Below are positions 59,588 through 64,000 of a stretch of 64,000 nt of DNA, piece by piece; the stretch's first letter is position 1; every line of letters begins with the position of its first letter. The position numbers were made by a program, and so were the translations under genes. Source of the DNA: a bacterium (lineage in GTDB: Bacteria > UBA8248). The stretch is taken from positions 544,001-608,000 of the forward strand of contig OZ241996.1 in the NCBI GenBank assembly GCA_965204535.1, written 5' to 3'. The notes beneath the pieces were generated by a model. It did no database searches. It was not told the origin of the DNA and was given only the letters and a program-made list of their open reading frames with translations.

Positions 59588-59791
59588 TTAGCCCTCATCA
59601 GCCGTAGTCGAGGTAATCCATTTGCCTTTCGTTATTATACCTTTCCAACCCGATTATCGAGAAAAGGGAACCCCGCAACATGCGCGCCTCGTCCCTATTT
59701 GGATTCCGGTTTGAAGCATGCCGGAATGACGGCTGTAGGGGCGGTTCGCGAACCGCCCCTACAATCCCACCGCGTCAAACACTCGTTCATC

Positions 59792-59994
59792 GGGGCTGTT
59801 GAAAAAGCCTTTGTCAAAGGGCCACCCCCCCTACCCCCCCTTGTCAGGGGGGCAAGAAAAAACAAAAGCCCCTCAACCGGCGGCGGGCGTCGCCTTTTTT
59901 TACTCCCCTGACAAGGGGGGGTAGGGGGGGTGGTTTTCAGGGCGAGTGAGACGTCCCCTCTACCACCTGCAAAGGGGACTTTTTCGACAGCCCC
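59792..59994. mobile_element. MITE-like element 4
   Basis: Ends ggggctgttgaaaaag / ctttttcgacagcccc; perfect 5-bp duplication tcatc at 59787-59791 and 59995-59999. Confidence 0.82.
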
Positions 59995-60201
59995 TCATCA
60001 ATCGCGTTTGACCCTTGCCCTGCCGGACCGACAGTCGCCAAGTTCGTGGTTGCGCCGCAATTGCGCTTGTCATAGTATGTTTTCTTGCATCACAACGCAT
60101 GAAGAATGAGTCTTACGGGAAGTTTGGCTGTTGGTTTCCGGCCGGCGCGCCGGCCGCGCGTATTGTGAGTATAAAACTACTCTCATCAAAAGGAGAACCA
60201 A

Positions 60202-61317
60202 ATGAAACGTCGTGACTTTATGACCGGCGCCGCGGCCGGAACCGCCGCGGCGGTCGTGACGGGCAGCGGGTTGGCCCAGGCCCAGAAGGCGCCCGCCATG
60301 ATGAAGAAGCGCATCGAGATCGCCATCGTCACCACCTGGCCGCGCGACTTCCCGGGGCTCGGCACCGGGGCGCAGCGCTTCGCCAAGCGGCTCCAGGACA
60401 TGAGCGACGGCCGCATCAAGGTGAGCTACTTCGCCGCCGGCGAGCGCGTCGGCGCCTTCGACTCGTTCGACGAGGTGGCTTCGGGCAACGCGCAGGCCTA
60501 CCACGCAGCCGACTACTACTGGAAAGGCAAGCATCCGGGCTGGGCCTATTTCACCGCCGTGCCTTTCGGCCTCACCTACACCGAACTGAACGCCTGGATC
60601 CGTTTCGGCGGCGGGCAGCAGCTCTGGGACGAACTGGCCGCAGGGTTCGGGATCAAGGGCCTCATGTGCGGCAACACGGGCGTCCAGATGGGCGGCTGGT
60701 TCCGCAAGGAGATCAACAGCCCTGACGACCTCAAGGGCCTCAAGATGCGTATCCCGGGCCTCGGCGGCGACGTCATGGCGAAGCTCGGCGCCTCGCCGGT
60801 CTCCCTGCCGGGCGGGCAGATCTATGAGAACCTCGTTTCGGGCGCCATCGACGCCACCGAATGGGTGGGGCCGTGGAACGACGAGTTCATGAAGTTCTAT
60901 GAAGCCGCGAAGTACTACTACTATCCGGGCATGCACGAGCCTGGCTCGATGCTGTCCGCGGGCTTCAACAAGAAGTTCTGGGATTCGCTCTCGAAGGCCG
61001 ATCAGACGCTCATCGAGGCCGCGGCTTCCATGGAGAACGACGTGATGATGGCTGAGTACAACGCCAAGAACGGTGCTGCGCTGGCCCGGCTCACGCGCGA
61101 CCAGGGCGTCCAGGTGCGCCAGTTCAACGACGACATCTACGACGCGTTCGGTAAAGCGGCCGAGGAGGTCTTCGCGGGTGTGGTGACACACAGCCCGCTC
61201 GCCAAGCGGATCCATGACAGTTTCGCCAAGGCGCGCCTTGAGGTTGGCGGCTGGATGAGCCTCGCCGACCAGGCATTCATAGCGCAACGCAACCGCGTGC
61301 TCGGCGTCTCGAGCTAG
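60202..61317 (+). CDS. dctP: TRAP transporter substrate-binding protein (DctP/TakP-like) with Tat signal
   Basis: KRRDF Tat motif, TTWPRDFPG, GNTGVQMGGWF, KMRIPG and IDATEW. Confidence 0.92.
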   Translation: MKRRDFMTGAAAGTAAAVVTGSGLAQAQKAPAMMKKRIEIAIVTTWPRDFPGLGTGAQRFAKRLQDMSDGRIKVSYFAAGERVGAFDSFDEVASGNAQAYHAADYYWKGKHPGWAYFTAVPFGLTYTELNAWIRFGGGQQLWDELAAGFGIKGLMCGNTGVQMGGWFRKEINSPDDLKGLKMRIPGLGGDVMAKLGASPVSLPGGQIYENLVSGAIDATEWVGPWNDEFMKFYEAAKYYYYPGMHEPGSMLSAGFNKKFWDSLSKADQTLIEAAASMENDVMMAEYNAKNGAALARLTRDQGVQVRQFNDDIYDAFGKAAEEVFAGVVTHSPLAKRIHDSFAKARLEVGGWMSLADQAFIAQRNRVLGVSS

Positions 61318-61359
61318 ATGTCCGGCGCATAGTGTCACGGACCGCTATGGTTTCCCACG

Positions 61360-62355
61360 GTGACTGAGGATCGGTTAAACGAGGACGAAAGACGGCCCGG
61401 CATCGCGGACGCGCTTTACCGCGCGTTCGCGTTGTCGCTGGCCGCTACCATGTTCGCCTTCCTCTTCAACAACTATCTGGTCTTCTGGCATGGCTGGCCG
61501 GGCGTCGCGCGCATCTTCTCCGGCGGGGGAGCGGCGTTCCTGGCATGGCTGCAGTTCGCAGGCTATGTCCTTCCGGTCATCGCCATCATCATCATCACGC
61601 TCAGGAACCGGGAGAGGCCGTTCGCTTCGGACGCGGCGTTTCTCAGTTCCGTCACCGCCTACATCATCGCCGCGGCCTTCTGGTCGACGTTTTTCGTCGG
61701 CATCGTCGACGGCGTCATATCGTTCCTGCGCGTGGAAGGGCTTCTGCCCGCGGTGTTCGGCAAGACGCTCGCCCAGCAACTCGGCGTCTCGAGCTTCCGC
61801 GGCGTCTACGTGCATTTGCCGTTGATGCTCGCGGCCGTCGTGGTGGCCTGCTTCAGGCGGGGGCTCGATTTCATCTGGCTCGCGCTGCTCGTGGTCGTCG
61901 CCGAGTTCCAGATCGTCATCGCGCGCTTCATCTTCTCCTACGAGCAGGCATTCATGGGCGACCTCGTTCGTTTCTGGTACGCAGCGCTTTTCCTGTTCGC
62001 CAGCGCCCATACCCTGGTCGCCGGAGGCCACGTGCGCGTGGACGTGCTCTACACGCATTTCACGGAACGGCGCAAGGCGCTGGTCAACGCGTGGGGCTCC
62101 ATACTGCTGGGCGTGCCGCTGTGCTGGACCATTCTCGCTGTCGGCATGTCGGGCAAGGCGTCCGTCATCAACAGTCCGCTGCTTTATTTCGAGACGTCCC
62201 AGAGCGGGTACGGTCTCTACGTCAAGTACCTGATGGCGGGTTTCCTCGCCGTCTATGCCGTCTCCATGATGATGCAGTTTCTGGCGTACTACCTCGACGC
62301 CATGGCGGTCCTTCGCGGGCAGTCGCCGAGCCAGCCCACGCACGAGCCGGCCTGA
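61360..62355 (+). CDS. dctQ: TRAP transporter small permease (DctQ-like, N-terminally extended)
   Basis: ARFIFS, LFASAHTL...GHVRVDVLY. Confidence 0.82.
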   Translation: MTEDRLNEDERRPGIADALYRAFALSLAATMFAFLFNNYLVFWHGWPGVARIFSGGGAAFLAWLQFAGYVLPVIAIIIITLRNRERPFASDAAFLSSVTAYIIAAAFWSTFFVGIVDGVISFLRVEGLLPAVFGKTLAQQLGVSSFRGVYVHLPLMLAAVVVACFRRGLDFIWLALLVVVAEFQIVIARFIFSYEQAFMGDLVRFWYAALFLFASAHTLVAGGHVRVDVLYTHFTERRKALVNAWGSILLGVPLCWTILAVGMSGKASVINSPLLYFETSQSGYGLYVKYLMAGFLAVYAVSMMMQFLAYYLDAMAVLRGQSPSQPTHEPA

Positions 62356-62357
62356 CC

Positions 62358-64000
62358 GTGGAACTCTTCTTTCTCGCATTGCTTATCCTGGCCATGGCCG
62401 GGGCGCTGGCGTCGGGTTACCCGGTGGCCTTCGCGCTGCCCGGCTCGGCCATCCTGACCATCGGTCTCGCGTCCATCACCGGCTACGTCTTCGCAGGCGA
62501 CGCCAGCGCCTTCTTCGCGCAGGACGGCCCCGTTCAGTGGCTCACGGCCGGCGTCACCAATTTCCGGGGCGTCTACTGGGAGGTCGAGCGCGACACCATC
62601 ATCGCCGTGCCCCTGTTCGTGTTCATGGGCATCATGCTGCAGCGCTCGAAGATCGCCGAGGACCTGCTGGTGACCATGGCGCGCCTGTTCGGGCCGGTTC
62701 CGGGCGGTCTCGGCATCTCGGTGGTGCTGGTGGGCGCGCTGCTCGCCGCCACCACCGGCATTCTCGGCGCCACCGTGGTCGCCATGGGCCTCATCTCGCT
62801 GCCGGCCATGCTGAGCAACGGCTACTCGCGCCGGCTCGCTACCGGCACCATCTGCGCGGCGGGCACGCTGGGGCAGATCATCCCGCCCTCCGTGGTGCTC
62901 ATCATCCTGGCCGACCAGCTCTCGAACGCCACCGACCAGGCGGGCACGCTGCGGCTGGTGGACTACAAGGCCTCCACCGGCCAGTTCATCATGCCCACGG
63001 AGTTCGGCATCACCTCGGCCAGCGCAGGCGACATGTTCCTGGGCGCCATCCTGCCCGGCCTGGTGCTGGTGGGCCTCTACGTCATCTACATTCTCGCGGT
63101 CGCGCTCATACGGCCCGGCAGCGCGCCGGCCATCCCGATGGTAGGCAGCTTCGACCGCCAGTTCGCCTTCCGCGTGCTGTTGGCGCTCATTCCGCCCCTG
63201 GCGCTCATCCTGGCCGTGCTCGGCTCCATCATCATGGGGGTCGCCACGGTCAATCAGGCCGGCGCCATCGGCGCCGTCGGCGCCACCATCATGGCGGGGT
63301 ACCGCTTGAATGAGGGGCAGCGCGGGTGCTACACGCCCGCCATCATCGCGGGCCTTTCCCTGCTCGCGCTCTTCATCCTCCTGGCCACCTTCGACCTCAA
63401 CATTCGCACCATTCACGGCGCCTACGAGGCCATCGGCGTGACGTTCGCCGCCATCGCTGTCCTCGGTCTGCTGGTCGCCGTGGCCTGGAGTGGCTGGCGC
63501 GCCTACCGCACCGAGAATATGCTCGCGGGCGTCATGGTGGAGACCGCCAAGACCACGGCCATGGTCTTCATCATCCTCCTTGGCGCGGCCATGCTCACCT
63601 CGGCCTTCCGGGGCTTCGGCGGCGAAGAGTTGGTGAAGGAGTTTCTCACCACCCTGCCGGGCGGTTTCTGGAGCCAGTTCATCGTCGTCATGGCGGTCAT
63701 CTTCATCCTCGGGTTTTTCCTCGACTTCATCGAAATAGCGGTGGTGGTGGTGCCCATCGTGGCCCCCATCCTGCTTTCGGACCCCTCGGCCAACGTCACC
63801 GCCGTCTGGCTCGGGGTGATGATCGGCGTCAACATGCAGACTTCTTTCCTGACGCCGCCGTTCGGTTTCGCGCTGTTCTACCTGCGCGGCGTGGCGCCGC
63901 CCACCGTGCTGACGACGGACATCTACAAGGGCGTGGTCGCGTTCATCGTGCTCCAGCTCGTGGCCCTGGGCATCGTGGGTTTCTATCCGCCCCTGGTGAA
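62358..64000 (+). CDS. dctM: TRAP transporter large permease (DctM-like), 3'-partial
   Basis: GTG at 62358; SGYPVAF, AVPLFVFMG, GTLGQIIPPS, GFFLDFIE and SFLTPPFG; runs off the window. Confidence 0.9.
   Translation, partial: MELFFLALLILAMAGALASGYPVAFALPGSAILTIGLASITGYVFAGDASAFFAQDGPVQWLTAGVTNFRGVYWEVERDTIIAVPLFVFMGIMLQRSKIAEDLLVTMARLFGPVPGGLGISVVLVGALLAATTGILGATVVAMGLISLPAMLSNGYSRRLATGTICAAGTLGQIIPPSVVLIILADQLSNATDQAGTLRLVDYKASTGQFIMPTEFGITSASAGDMFLGAILPGLVLVGLYVIYILAVALIRPGSAPAIPMVGSFDRQFAFRVLLALIPPLALILAVLGSIIMGVATVNQAGAIGAVGATIMAGYRLNEGQRGCYTPAIIAGLSLLALFILLATFDLNIRTIHGAYEAIGVTFAAIAVLGLLVAVAWSGWRAYRTENMLAGVMVETAKTTAMVFIILLGAAMLTSAFRGFGGEELVKEFLTTLPGGFWSQFIVVMAVIFILGFFLDFIEIAVVVVPIVAPILLSDPSANVTAVWLGVMIGVNMQTSFLTPPFGFALFYLRGVAPPTVLTTDIYKGVVAFIVLQLVALGIVGFYPPLV

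Overview
GC-rich bacterial chromosome segment rich in transporters: three LIV-type ABC loci, one with two permease/ATPase sets for one binding protein, plus TRAP, SulP, MATE, NCS2-like and MMPL genes. It also carries catabolic genes, msrB and aceE-aceF. Highlights read from the sequence: (1) a probable selenoprotein missed by the ORF track (43545..42793, minus), with a glutaredoxin-like U-Y-T-C motif from an in-frame TGA, a perfect SECIS-like hairpin and a fused DinB-like domain; (2) an accessory island at about 10.2-17.6 kb with two tandem arm-type tyrosine integrases, two PD-(D/E)xK-like genes and an IS66-family element that carries a DUF4338/DruA-like gene inside its terminal repeats; (3) four MITE-like elements with shared GGGGCTGTTGAAAAA-type ends and short target duplications but different REP-like palindromic cargo; (4) candidate defence or toxin genes (ABC ATPase + DUF4276-like, an Rx4H HEPN-like orphan, higA with only a higB remnant). 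Two one-base homopolymer frameshifts and one in-frame amber codon are present. No rRNA, tRNA or CRISPR array was recognised. All product calls come from motif recognition by eye, not from database searches.
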